From Leptonemataceae bacterium (GTDB taxonomy: Bacteria; Spirochaetota; Leptospiria; Leptospirales; Leptonemataceae), in contig OZ245742.1 in assembly GCA_965227295.1 (NCBI GenBank), positions 5,664,001 to 5,728,000 of the forward strand: a DNA stretch of 64,000 nt. Reading direction: 5' to 3'. The position numbers and the translations under genes were made by a program. Of this stretch, positions 47,601 to 55,792 are shown piece by piece. Numbering within the stretch: the stretch's first letter is position 1; the number at the start of each line of letters is the position of its first letter. The notes below the pieces were generated by a model. The model was not told the origin of the DNA. It saw only the letters and a program-made list of their open reading frames with translations, and searched no databases.

Positions 47601-48632
47601 CATGATCGCCTGCGCCGTCGGCGCGGGATCGGGCGCGCCGAAGTACGGATCAAACTTCGTCGGTGAACCGCCGCTGAGATTCCATTTGTAGACCAGGCCG
47701 TCGCCGCCGCCGACGAAGAAAGCCGTCGTCGATAACAGGGCGACCGCGTTGCCGTTCAAGGAAGTCGGCCGGATATTATCGCGTTCCTCTTGCGTCAGAT
47801 CGTTCCAGTAGGGAGCGTTGAAGCCGAACAACAACGCGCTCTGCCGGAAGACGAAGACGCGCGGCTTCGCGGGCAGGCGGGCGTCGTCTAACATCGTACT
47901 CCAGGAAACTACGGTGGTGTCCTCTTCGTCGAGGACGGTGACCTTGCTTACGGTGCGCAGTTCGAAGACGTCGTAATCTTCCGGCGCGGCGGCGGCTTCG
48001 CGTTCGCTACCGACGATCAGCAATAGATCGCCCTGCTGGATCAAAACATCGAGGCCGGCGAGGTACAGCGAAGTCGTTGTACCGTCGATCGTTTGCGCCA
48101 CGTTGATCTGCGCGCCGAGAGAGTTGTACTCGTAACGAGCGATGAAGTCTTCCGACGTTTCGAAGGTTTGCGGGGATTGATCCTGGCCCGGAATGGAAAG
48201 GACCTGAGTGCCGCGCGGTACGAGAACCGTATCGGGGGCGTCTTCGCCTTCTTCGACGGAGAACGCAAGATACGTCGACGCGGCGACACCGGGCTTGAGT
48301 TCGTAACCGATGGACCGGGCCAGTTCCAGTACGGAGCGCCGTTCGCCGGCGGTACGCACGTAACCTTCGTTGGCGATTCGTTCCTGATAAAAGGTCAGCA
48401 CGTCCAGCGCCGACGACCAGGCATCCAGAAAGGCCACCGTCGGATCGTCCGCGGCGCGCGTGGTGAGCGCCTGCAACGGCCGCTCACCGGAAGGCGTCTC
48501 GTGCGACGCCAGCCGTGCCAGCATGCGCGCATAAAACGCCGAGTGCGTACCGATGCGATACTTAATCTTAGAAAGTCCGGGGCGATTGAAGCGTTCCGGT
48601 ACTTCCAGTTCGTCCGTTTGATCGGGCGTCAT
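44682..48632 (-). CDS. eCIS baseplate J-like assembly protein with an inserted WD40-like propeller
   Basis: DVLTFYQERIANEGY, ANVVAATHGET, FGDGENGERLPTG and RIVSLKDFENFA motifs; 7 WD40-like repeats at about 46800-47760. Confidence 0.88.
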   Translation of the reverse strand: MTPDQTDELEVPERFNRPGLSKIKYRIGTHSAFYARMLARLASHETPSGERPLQALTTRAADDPTVAFLDAWSSALDVLTFYQERIANEGYVRTAGERRSVLELARSIGYELKPGVAASTYLAFSVEEGEDAPDTVLVPRGTQVLSIPGQDQSPQTFETSEDFIARYEYNSLGAQINVAQTIDGTTTSLYLAGLDVLIQQGDLLLIVGSEREAAAAPEDYDVFELRTVSKVTVLDEEDTTVVSWSTMLDDARLPAKPRVFVFRQSALLFGFNAPYWNDLTQEERDNIRPTSLNGNAVALLSTTAFFVGGGDGLVYKWNLSGGSPTKFDPYFGAPDPAPTAQAIMAVAVSGDNTTVAAGGLDGTLWSWNTGTSTAPLQSMFDATIPLDDEDRSTVYVYDVTFSPDDAYIAGAYTDGKVRVWNRSNGALVHTIVVDTSPVNTVKWYSDGGGSIIVAAGSNKTVSFWTWNGSSAAAGATFTDGDYGVIYDLAVSADNAYLAFVDAARNLVIRRLQDDATISFIVANAPANSVAFPGTAGTIGTATNGDWPDRILIGGQNGSVQEWQLKTADDSIWPEARVFEGHDLAVNEAVYTADDARVLSAANDEIQLTLLNEQAGYPVELRFAIPLPDDYPEEWPDFKIFDSYVDLDTTYTQALAGGWVVLENSAGRRLYRIEQNLTMNRQDFLLSERLSRLQLDTPTGLGNYGLRDTTVYLQSEELTLAAAPIQRAEVVGGDQIDLAGIVTELETGRVLIVSGKRSRLQVVEDLQEIDRPRMISDDGSQTISLVPGDILTVLESPVTTLAGETVWALETDKGFIGTVTVAPGAEPFVTLAADEDDEIVSEAVILKNVLQSQKYSTLQFEAPLNFSYDRLTVTIQANVVAATHGETISEVLGSGDASLKNQVFALREPPLTYVSAPTATGTETSLEVRVNDVLWEESPSLYDLGARDRKYAVRHDDDGTIRIIFGDGENGERLPTGIENISAAYRKGIGPDGQVSANTLRLMQTQPVGIAEVDNPLPATGASAPEDLGEARERAPFSVLTLDRIVSLKDFENFARGFGGIGKARAVSLWQDEIQLVYITVAGDGGSSVATNSGLYQNLIRSIDSVRDPFQPVRVASYEPLRFNIAAKLLIDASYIPERVFAAANTALRNHFAFRNRGFGQEVSAAEIVTVLESVDGVEAVDLDQLYLTSSVIFGLDIEPNQNYLESSSTVTTDLQSNIQAKVTELGLTDFDVPTTDALIFQEKRGLRWTIREPDAADGLAVVKERGRLNVYEYRAAVDSTLAAELARRDGSTGDFLPAQMLLLNEDTAGIILMQFI

Positions 48633-51118
48633 AATCCACCTTCCATGAGAAATTCGATTTTACCGTTTTCCGGAGCGTTCTGATCGTTATCGACTCGTAC
48701 GATTTCCAGACGCTCCATTTCGATCAGTCCTTCGGTGACCGTTTCCGTAACTTCACCCGGGGCAACATCAACGCCGAAGCGTACGAAACGCACCGTATCC
48801 ACGCGCTCCACGCCGGTGGTTTCCATCGCCGCGGCGATGATGTTCGACAGGTATACCGGCTCGCCGAAGGTATAGTTATCGGGGTGAAAGAAACCGCGGC
48901 TGCCGTCGGGAAGATCTTCACTGGAGAAGAGTTCGAGCAACGATTCTTTCACGGTACTCTTGAGATAACCGTCCTGGACCTGCACGCGCAGGATGATGTC
49001 CAGGCCGACGAAGTTCGGAGCCTCGATCTCCAGGTCGTGCCCGGTGAGTCGATACGGATCGATGAACGCGCGCAGTTCTTCTTTGAATGCATCGTCCACG
49101 TCCAGTCCGCCCTCGCGGTCGATGGACAGAAAGACCGTATGCCAGGAACCGGTCCAGCGCAGGGTCGCCTGGGCCTTCTGTACTTCCGGATGGCGTTCGG
49201 CAATGCGCACGTAATCTTCTTCCGTAACTGCTCTTTCCTGGCTCTTAAAGAAAGTCGGAGCGTACAACTTCACCTGGTCGATGGACTCCGGCTCGTAACC
49301 GCCGGAAGCCGGCAGCGGATTAAAGACGGCGCTCAGTCCGATCAGTTCGGTATCCGGATCGTCCACCACCACGTGGGCGAGGCTGCGCGCGCCGATGTTG
49401 CCGCTCCGCCCGTTGCCGATGCGATAACGCGCCTGAAAACGCGTTCCCGCCGGCGGGCGTTTGCCGAGAACGTTATCACCGAAACGCAGGACCGCCCGGC
49501 CGTCATCCTCGGTTTCCACGACGAAATCGGTGGAGAAACGATCGCTGTTTAAAAGATCGGGCCGGGCCGTCCATTCTTCGTCATCGTCATAGAGCCGGAC
49601 CGCCGGCTCGGCCAGACGCGTGTCCTGAACTGTTGCCTGGCCCGCCGCACGACGCAGCGCCGTTTCGTTGGAGTACGGCTGGCGCTGCGTAATGCGCGGC
49701 AAACGTAACTCAGGGCGATAGCGCGGTGTGTCTTCCGGAACCTCGGCGGGGATTAAGTCTTCATCGGGGATCGTCCGCCCGTGATCTGCAAGGACGACGT
49801 TCGCATAGGCCACGGTAATCGGCGCGAGCGTCGCGGACTCGGTTTCCACATCGCCGAGAAAGAGATCGAAGGGCAGTGCATCGCCCTTGTACCATTCGAT
49901 TTCGATGTAATCTTCGCCGTAGAGATCGTCGGTGCCGGGAGTGCCGTCGCGCTCCAGGCGTACGGCGTGGCGGCGATTCGGATTCGCGTCGAACGTGCGG
50001 CCGCTTTCGGGACTGCGCTTCTCTTCGAAGATGAGCACGTCGCCGGCCTTTAAGTTTATTTCCGTGGCACTTACGTTCGCTTTCAACACGGCGCTGGTGG
50101 CCCCGGCGGGCAGTACCGCCCGGGTTTCCCCCCAGGTATAAAACTCCAGTTCGTTGCGCGCCTCTTTGATTTCGATGGCAAACATCGTCTCAAACACGCG
50201 CGCCCCGCGACTTACCGCCGTACCGATCTGCGCCGACGCGATGCGCGCATCCCCCTCACCTTCGATCTTCGTGAGCAACTGCGTGCGCACGGGTAACACC
50301 GCGCCCTCGGCGTTCTGGCCGCCGACGCTCGTATCCACCTGCAGGGCGACCCAGGTTCGGGCGTTGCAGCCGTCGTGCATGGGATAGTCCAGAACCCGCG
50401 CGTGTCGCCGCACCGAAACCCGGCGACGCGCCGTGCCGAGATAGGCCTCGGTGGATACCGCATCCTGATAATAACTCATGTAATCGGCGGTGTACGCGAG
50501 GAGCTCGACGACGGCCACACCGGTGTCGGCGGCGTTACGCTCCGTCCATTCCGGAACGAGAGACGTCATGCGGTCTAACATCAACCGACGAAAACTTTGA
50601 TAGTCCTTCACCAGGTAATCGATGGCCGGCTCCTGCGGGCGCGCGGCGATCGCCACCTCGTCTTCTTCGCAGTCGAATTCGTTCGGGCATTCCACCTTGA
50701 ACGAAAACGCGACGCTGCTCAGAATGCGATCGATGCCCTCCGGCGGTTCGTCGCTGCGGCGATCGCGCACCAGGCGCAACGTATACTCGGAAAAATCGCC
50801 GGCCTTGTCCAGCTCCACCTCCACGTAACCGCGCACGTCCGCCCCGTCCACCGGGTCGGTGGTCGAGGTATCGATGACGACGTCCACGACCTCGATGTCC
50901 CGGATCCGCTGGCCGCCTTCGATGCGAACATTATCCTTCGTGAGTTCAATGGCGACGTCGAGGGATTTCAAGAAGTGCAGACGCAACTTCTTCTGGCGCA
51001 GGGAGTCCTGGACGCCCACCAACTCCAGGTCCAGGACTTCCAGGTAGTCGATGCCGTTGATCGTTGCGCTCTCAACGACCTTGCGCCGCCGTGATTCGTT
51101 ATCCGTGATGTATTGCAT
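48629..51118 (-). CDS. eCIS baseplate J-like assembly protein
   Basis: NGIDYLEV, IDYLVKDYQSFRRLMLDR, YYQDAVSTEAYLGTAR, RFGDNVLG and RAVTEEDY motifs. Confidence 0.9.
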   Translation of the reverse strand: MQYITDNESRRRKVVESATINGIDYLEVLDLELVGVQDSLRQKKLRLHFLKSLDVAIELTKDNVRIEGGQRIRDIEVVDVVIDTSTTDPVDGADVRGYVEVELDKAGDFSEYTLRLVRDRRSDEPPEGIDRILSSVAFSFKVECPNEFDCEEDEVAIAARPQEPAIDYLVKDYQSFRRLMLDRMTSLVPEWTERNAADTGVAVVELLAYTADYMSYYQDAVSTEAYLGTARRRVSVRRHARVLDYPMHDGCNARTWVALQVDTSVGGQNAEGAVLPVRTQLLTKIEGEGDARIASAQIGTAVSRGARVFETMFAIEIKEARNELEFYTWGETRAVLPAGATSAVLKANVSATEINLKAGDVLIFEEKRSPESGRTFDANPNRRHAVRLERDGTPGTDDLYGEDYIEIEWYKGDALPFDLFLGDVETESATLAPITVAYANVVLADHGRTIPDEDLIPAEVPEDTPRYRPELRLPRITQRQPYSNETALRRAAGQATVQDTRLAEPAVRLYDDDEEWTARPDLLNSDRFSTDFVVETEDDGRAVLRFGDNVLGKRPPAGTRFQARYRIGNGRSGNIGARSLAHVVVDDPDTELIGLSAVFNPLPASGGYEPESIDQVKLYAPTFFKSQERAVTEEDYVRIAERHPEVQKAQATLRWTGSWHTVFLSIDREGGLDVDDAFKEELRAFIDPYRLTGHDLEIEAPNFVGLDIILRVQVQDGYLKSTVKESLLELFSSEDLPDGSRGFFHPDNYTFGEPVYLSNIIAAAMETTGVERVDTVRFVRFGVDVAPGEVTETVTEGLIEMERLEIVRVDNDQNAPENGKIEFLMEGGL

Positions 51119-51158
51119 GATTCTGCTCGTTCGTTATTTTCTTAAGTGTGCTCAACCG

Positions 51159-51515
51159 TTAATTAGAGACCGAGAACTCCTCGGTAACCCGTGTTTGATT
51201 CTGAAGTATGACGTACTGCACCGTGACCGTCAGAGTGGAATCCTCGGCGGCAACCCGCACGTCCTCGCAGCGTACGAAATCCCCCAGCCACTGCTGGATC
51301 GCTCCCTGCACCAGGAATTGCGTGGTGGACGCAAGCTCACCGCTGTTCGGCGCGAAGACCAATTGCATCAGGCCGCAGCCGAAGTCGGGTCGGTTCACGC
51401 GTTCGCCGGGCATCGTAAAGAGCAGTTGCTCGAGCATCTCTTTGATGTGGGCCTCGTACTCCGAGTCCGCCGTTTGGCCGTTGCCGTCGATTTGATAGGG
51501 GTACTTGATTTGCAT
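51159..51515 (-). CDS. GPW/gp25 family baseplate protein
   Basis: EQLLFTMPGERVNRPDFGCGL motif. Confidence 0.93.
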   Translation of the reverse strand: MQIKYPYQIDGNGQTADSEYEAHIKEMLEQLLFTMPGERVNRPDFGCGLMQLVFAPNSGELASTTQFLVQGAIQQWLGDFVRCEDVRVAAEDSTLTVTVQYVILQNQTRVTEEFSVSN

Positions 51516-51536
51516 ATCGTCCTCTGTATTGCTCGT

Positions 51537-51860
51537 TTACTTGCCTTTTACTTTCGTCTGTCCCGCGTCGTCGCACTTCGCGCTGGCCCCCGTGGGGGTA
51601 CAGGAAGCGCGGAAGTCCTTTAAGAGGATCTTCTTTCCGCCGGCCTTGACCTTCGATGAACCGCTTGAAGGCGAGGCTTTCACGCACGGCCCGTTGGCGG
51701 CGATGGGCGGCGGCAAAGAACATCCGGAGACCATGTAACTCGTGGACTTCGGAATCACCTTCGAACCGTTCACCTTTACCTTCGCTACCTTCTCCGTGGC
51801 GGTACACGAACCCGAATGCGTACACTGCACGGTGGACGACGATGTCACCAGCTCCGGCAT
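51537..51860 (-). CDS. PAAR-like spike tip protein
   Basis: 107 aa with CTHSG, GC, PC and SC potential Zn ligands; ends GQTKVKG; directly after the spike gene. Confidence 0.75.
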   Translation of the reverse strand: MPELVTSSSTVQCTHSGSCTATEKVAKVKVNGSKVIPKSTSYMVSGCSLPPPIAANGPCVKASPSSGSSKVKAGGKKILLKDFRASCTPTGASAKCDDAGQTKVKGK

Positions 51861-52585
51861 CAGCTGACCTCCAGGGAGCTTTTGTTGATCTTGACCTTCG
51901 CGGAGCCGAGATCCACCGAGGAGCCGCCGTTCTTAAGATTGATTCCGGAACTCTTAACGTTCATCTTCGCACCGCCGTTCTTCACTTCCACATTCGAAGG
52001 CGAAATCAACGCTTCGGCGGCTTTGGACTTCATCTTCACGCTGGCGGGACTTACATCCACGGTGGACTGAGCATTCAGCTTCACCGCGGTCGCCTTCACG
52101 GAAGCACTGGAGCTGTTATAGGAAAGCTTCGCGTCGGAAGCGCTGAGATTCATCTTCGCGGCCTTGTTTTTTACCTCGACCCCCTTTGCATCGAAGGTCA
52201 TACCGAGGGTCGGCGCCGGTCCGACCTGGAGTTTTGCGCTCCTTTTGAGGTCGTTCAGTTCGAAGGTGTTCAGTTTCGTCTGAATGACGAACTGCGAAGA
52301 AGACTTCACCTTTATGGGAAACTCGGCGAGTCCCCAGAAGCAGCCGGTCCAGATGGGTTTATTGATGTCCCCTTCCTCGAATTCGATCCAGACCTTCGCA
52401 CCCCGCGGCGGACGCATGACGAAACCCACCTGCGGCCCGGCGTAAGGAACGCAGGGCATGGCCCAGACGCTCGTGGCCAGCCCGTAAACCTTCGGGCATT
52501 TAATCTTAATGCGCCCGATCTGTTTTTTATCCGCCGTGGGGCTGTTTTCGACGACGATGCCTCGATATTTTCCGAAGTATTTCAT
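51860..52585 (-). CDS. spike protein (baseplate assembly protein V / gp5 OB-fold plus beta-helix)
   Basis: KYFGKYRGIV, WAMPCVPYAG and VWIEFEEGDINKPIWTGCFW motifs, followed by Lys/Ser-rich beta repeats. Confidence 0.9.
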   Translation of the reverse strand: MKYFGKYRGIVVENSPTADKKQIGRIKIKCPKVYGLATSVWAMPCVPYAGPQVGFVMRPPRGAKVWIEFEEGDINKPIWTGCFWGLAEFPIKVKSSSQFVIQTKLNTFELNDLKRSAKLQVGPAPTLGMTFDAKGVEVKNKAAKMNLSASDAKLSYNSSSASVKATAVKLNAQSTVDVSPASVKMKSKAAEALISPSNVEVKNGGAKMNVKSSGINLKNGGSSVDLGSAKVKINKSSLEVS

Positions 52586-53784
52586 ACAGGTAACACCGGT
52601 GTAATCGATCCGATTCCTTCCCGAATCAATTGAAAAGATTGCGTATAAGTAGCGGAAGACGGCTTAATGTTATGCGTAACGCTCTTAACGTAGTAGAGGC
52701 CGTCGTAGGTAAAACCGACGCCGCGCAGCCCGACCAGCAGCCGGGGCATCAGAATATGCCCGTAGCTCGCCACGTCCAGCTCGCCGGAAGCACTGACGGC
52801 TTCCTGATTGGATTTGTTGCTTTCATCGAAGAGCCGGGTAATGATTTCTTGCGTGGCATTGTCCGTCCCGGCCTTGCGATCCTGGGCCTTCAGTGCCTTG
52901 AGCTCCTCATCCTGACTTAAATCCAGAAAGCGTTCCTTGTAGTACGGAAGATTGTTCAACCATGCCGGAATCGGAGCCAGGGGCGGCAAGTAGGCCAGCG
53001 GCGGAATGAAGTTCTTAAACGAAAAAGGCACGTTGAAGTTCTCGTCCTGGTACGTGGTCTTAAAGTGCGTCGGCGCCTTGAAGTTGTTCGAAAAGTTTAT
53101 CGATTTAACGTTCGTATTCGCGCCCATATTCACGGTCAGGGCCGGCTGGGGGATCGGAATCCGTACTTTAGGACCGAAGTAAGCGATGTTCGTGGCCGGC
53201 AAAGGCCCCGGCTGTAAATAGAACGCGTAGCCTACGCTGCTCGCCAGTTCCTGAAGAAATTTCAGGTCGGTGCCGCGTTGAAACTTAAAGTCCTTCGGAA
53301 GCGGGACTTTTTCCGGAATCGGCAGGGGTCTGATTCCGTAACGAAGATAGCGGGTCAGAACAGTTGAGGCGATGGAGAAGACCGGCTGTTGTTTGAACGG
53401 CTGCACGCGCTCGGTTTCATCCATCATCACTGTGAGGTCTTCACAATTGATCGAAACCTTCGACTGCCCCGGTTCGTTCGAAGGCGTGAGGCTCTGCGTG
53501 GTAATCACACCGTCAAAGAGAACACGTGGAAAAGCCCGCACGGTCATCATGATGATCACCCGGTTGAACGGCCGCAGGTACTGGCGGATCAAATGCGGGT
53601 AGTCCAGGAGATCCCGCGCGCCGTTCCGGCCGGTTGCAAAGCTTAACTGCGCCCCGGACGTTCCGTAGTCCTGAAGACTGACACTGATGCTCTCCAGGCT
53701 GTCCACCAGCCATACCGGCGCCGGCACGGGCACGGTCGGCCCTATCAGTAATGTTAAATTTGTTCCGAGCATAACTTCATTCAC
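52582..53784 (-). CDS. eCIS baseplate hub (gpD/gp27-like) protein
   Basis: LTLLIGPTVPVPAP, QRGTDLKFLQELA and GELDVASYGHIL...DGLYYVKSVTHNI motifs; lies just before the spike gene. Confidence 0.8.
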   Translation of the reverse strand: MNEVMLGTNLTLLIGPTVPVPAPVWLVDSLESISVSLQDYGTSGAQLSFATGRNGARDLLDYPHLIRQYLRPFNRVIIMMTVRAFPRVLFDGVITTQSLTPSNEPGQSKVSINCEDLTVMMDETERVQPFKQQPVFSIASTVLTRYLRYGIRPLPIPEKVPLPKDFKFQRGTDLKFLQELASSVGYAFYLQPGPLPATNIAYFGPKVRIPIPQPALTVNMGANTNVKSINFSNNFKAPTHFKTTYQDENFNVPFSFKNFIPPLAYLPPLAPIPAWLNNLPYYKERFLDLSQDEELKALKAQDRKAGTDNATQEIITRLFDESNKSNQEAVSASGELDVASYGHILMPRLLVGLRGVGFTYDGLYYVKSVTHNIKPSSATYTQSFQLIREGIGSITPVLPV

Positions 53785-53826
53785 TTCAGCGACCGGACGG
53801 GGTCGCTAATATCACTTCATATATAC

Positions 53827-54135
53827 TTAACCAAAGCTCGCGTCCGGCACCGGAATGCGAATGCGCCGGCCGGGCATTTCCGTAAGCGCGAACGGATTCA
53901 TGGCGTTGTTCGCGTCCGCCACCCGCCAGAATTGCTCCGGGTTCCCGAGCGTTCTCGTAACGACCTGATCCAGACGGTCCCCCTGACCGATTTCGGATTC
54001 GGTAAGGAGCTGCATTTTCTCACCGCGCGGAAGAAAGCGGCGTTTCTTGTACGCGATCTCTCGCGTTCCGGTGACGGCGGCGGAGACCTTCACGGTCTCG
54101 ACGTTATAGTAACGGCTTTCGGTATCGAACATCAC
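53827..54135 (-). CDS. LysM/tail-X-like baseplate protein
   Basis: SRYY...YKKRRFLP...GDRLD...LGNPEQFWRVADAN...PGRRIRIP motif. Confidence 0.85.
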   Translation of the reverse strand: MMFDTESRYYNVETVKVSAAVTGTREIAYKKRRFLPRGEKMQLLTESEIGQGDRLDQVVTRTLGNPEQFWRVADANNAMNPFALTEMPGRRIRIPVPDASFG

Positions 54136-54767
54136 AGGCCTCCCAGGCTGTTGATACTGCCGATGGCCGCCATAACCTCTTTCGTCACCTGGTGACTGAG
54201 GAAGATATGAAAGCCCGGCTGCGTAATGCTGAAGTCGTTGTAACTCAACACCTGCATGCTGAGATCAACCTTAGCGCGAATCGGATTCAGGTGCGTGTCG
54301 TGCTGTTCCTCGGTCACCGAGAAACTGGAGATGCGCACCGGCAACACCCGACGATCGCCCCAGATGAAGAGCGTCATAATGGGCTCCGGCGGAACGACTT
54401 CGATCGTACCCAGGGCCGCCAGGGCGGCGTTGGATATTACCGAAATCGCACGCGGATACATGAACATTTCCAGAGCCGCGAGTTGCGGGTGCACCCCCAG
54501 GCGCGTCGCCGTGGAGTCCGCCTCTTCCAGTTGATCGGTGGCGTCGATTTCGACGTTCACCTTGATCGTTTCTTTCGGCGCGCCGGAGATGCGATACTGC
54601 TCCGCCTTCGAAGCGCTCCCGGAACCGCCGGTGCCGGTGGTTTCGAGCGAGCGCGTCAGCGACTCCGGGTTGTACTGAAAAACAATGACGTTCGCGATCG
54701 GACTCAAAGGATCGATGCCGACGATGGCTCCCTTTGTGACTCGCGGAGATCCAGGAAAACCGGTCAT
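54132..54767 (-). CDS. CIS tube-initiator-like protein (Afp7 N-terminal-like)
   Basis: VFQYNPESLTRSL, LFIWGDRRVLPVRISS and LNPIRAKVDLSM motifs. Confidence 0.82.
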   Translation of the reverse strand: MTGFPGSPRVTKGAIVGIDPLSPIANVIVFQYNPESLTRSLETTGTGGSGSASKAEQYRISGAPKETIKVNVEIDATDQLEEADSTATRLGVHPQLAALEMFMYPRAISVISNAALAALGTIEVVPPEPIMTLFIWGDRRVLPVRISSFSVTEEQHDTHLNPIRAKVDLSMQVLSYNDFSITQPGFHIFLSHQVTKEVMAAIGSINSLGGL

Positions 54768-54772
54768 AATGT

Positions 54773-55513
54773 TTACACGCCTCCTTGTTGAATTACGTGA
54801 GTCAGTTCGTGAGCCAGGAGACGTTTACCGTTCGTGGAATCGGGATCGAACTGGCCGTCGTTGAAAACGATGTCGCGTTTGGATGCGAAGGCCCGGGCGT
54901 TCAAGGAACGCGCCGTTTCCGAAGCGCGGGCCCCGGTGTGAATCCGCACATTGCTGAAGTCATAACCGAAGCGAGGCTCCATGTATGCACGCACGCCGTC
55001 CGAAAGCGGCCGGCCGCCGCCGCGCATACTGCGCAGTCCGCTTTTTACCGTAGCTTCGGCTGAGCTATTCTTGGCGGGAGCCGCGGCGGCCGCGCCCTCA
55101 CCTTTGGCGTTCAGTGAGTCGACTTCATCCTCGCGTTTGTCCTCGTCGCGAGGATCCCGGGTTTCGCGCATGAGCTTCGTGTCCGCCTCTTCCTCTTCCA
55201 TGTCGCTCTGGCGCATAAGCTTCATGCCGACTTCCTCGTCTTCTTCGGTCATGCCTTCGCGCATGATCATGCGCTGGGTTGCGTCTTTGTCCTCGGACTC
55301 GCAGGCGGCGCACTTGCGCTGGATCATGGGACGAGACTGCGATACCCTGCCCGCGTCCTGCATGGACACGACACGATCCGCCACCTGATCGGCTTCTTGC
55401 TCGAAGGCGTCTCCCGGTCGGCTGACTTTCAGTTTCGTCTGCACCCGAAAACCGGAGACAGGTGCGCTGGAAACGTTGAGTGGGTTTTGATAATCCGGAA
55501 TCGTACTTCTCAT
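54773..55513 (-). CDS. DUF4157 (eCIS core domain) protein
   Basis: GDAFEQEADQVA, QRKCAACE, GRPLS...MEPRFGYDFSNVRIH...ARAF and LLAHELTHVIQQ motifs. Confidence 0.93.
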   Translation of the reverse strand: MRSTIPDYQNPLNVSSAPVSGFRVQTKLKVSRPGDAFEQEADQVADRVVSMQDAGRVSQSRPMIQRKCAACESEDKDATQRMIMREGMTEEDEEVGMKLMRQSDMEEEEADTKLMRETRDPRDEDKREDEVDSLNAKGEGAAAAAPAKNSSAEATVKSGLRSMRGGGRPLSDGVRAYMEPRFGYDFSNVRIHTGARASETARSLNARAFASKRDIVFNDGQFDPDSTNGKRLLAHELTHVIQQGGV

Positions 55514-55788
55514 TATTTCATCCTCCCATTGCCGAAATTGCCGTAGACCGCCCGCGCCGATTGTCGGCCCAGGCCCGACGCCCCGCCCGGGGCGCTACCC
55601 CGCACCGTACCGGCGTCGATGAAGTCGCTGTTGCGTAAGTGAAATGATTGATTCAGACCGCGCGCGGCGACGAGTCGTTCGAGTTCCGCACGAAAGGCCG
55701 CCGCAAAGGCGCGACCGTCGCGCCGCGAAAAATTCGGCCCGGCCTCGATCACGAGTTCCTCGATGTTCAATTCAATCGTCTTTGCCAC
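55513..55788 (-). CDS. small conserved eCIS hypothetical protein
   Basis: IELNIEELVIE...AELERL...LGRQSARAVY pattern typical of the gene after eCIS ATPases. Confidence 0.75.
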   Translation of the reverse strand: MAKTIELNIEELVIEAGPNFSRRDGRAFAAAFRAELERLVAARGLNQSFHLRNSDFIDAGTVRGSAPGGASGLGRQSARAVYGNFGNGRMK

Positions 55789-55792
55789 GGTC

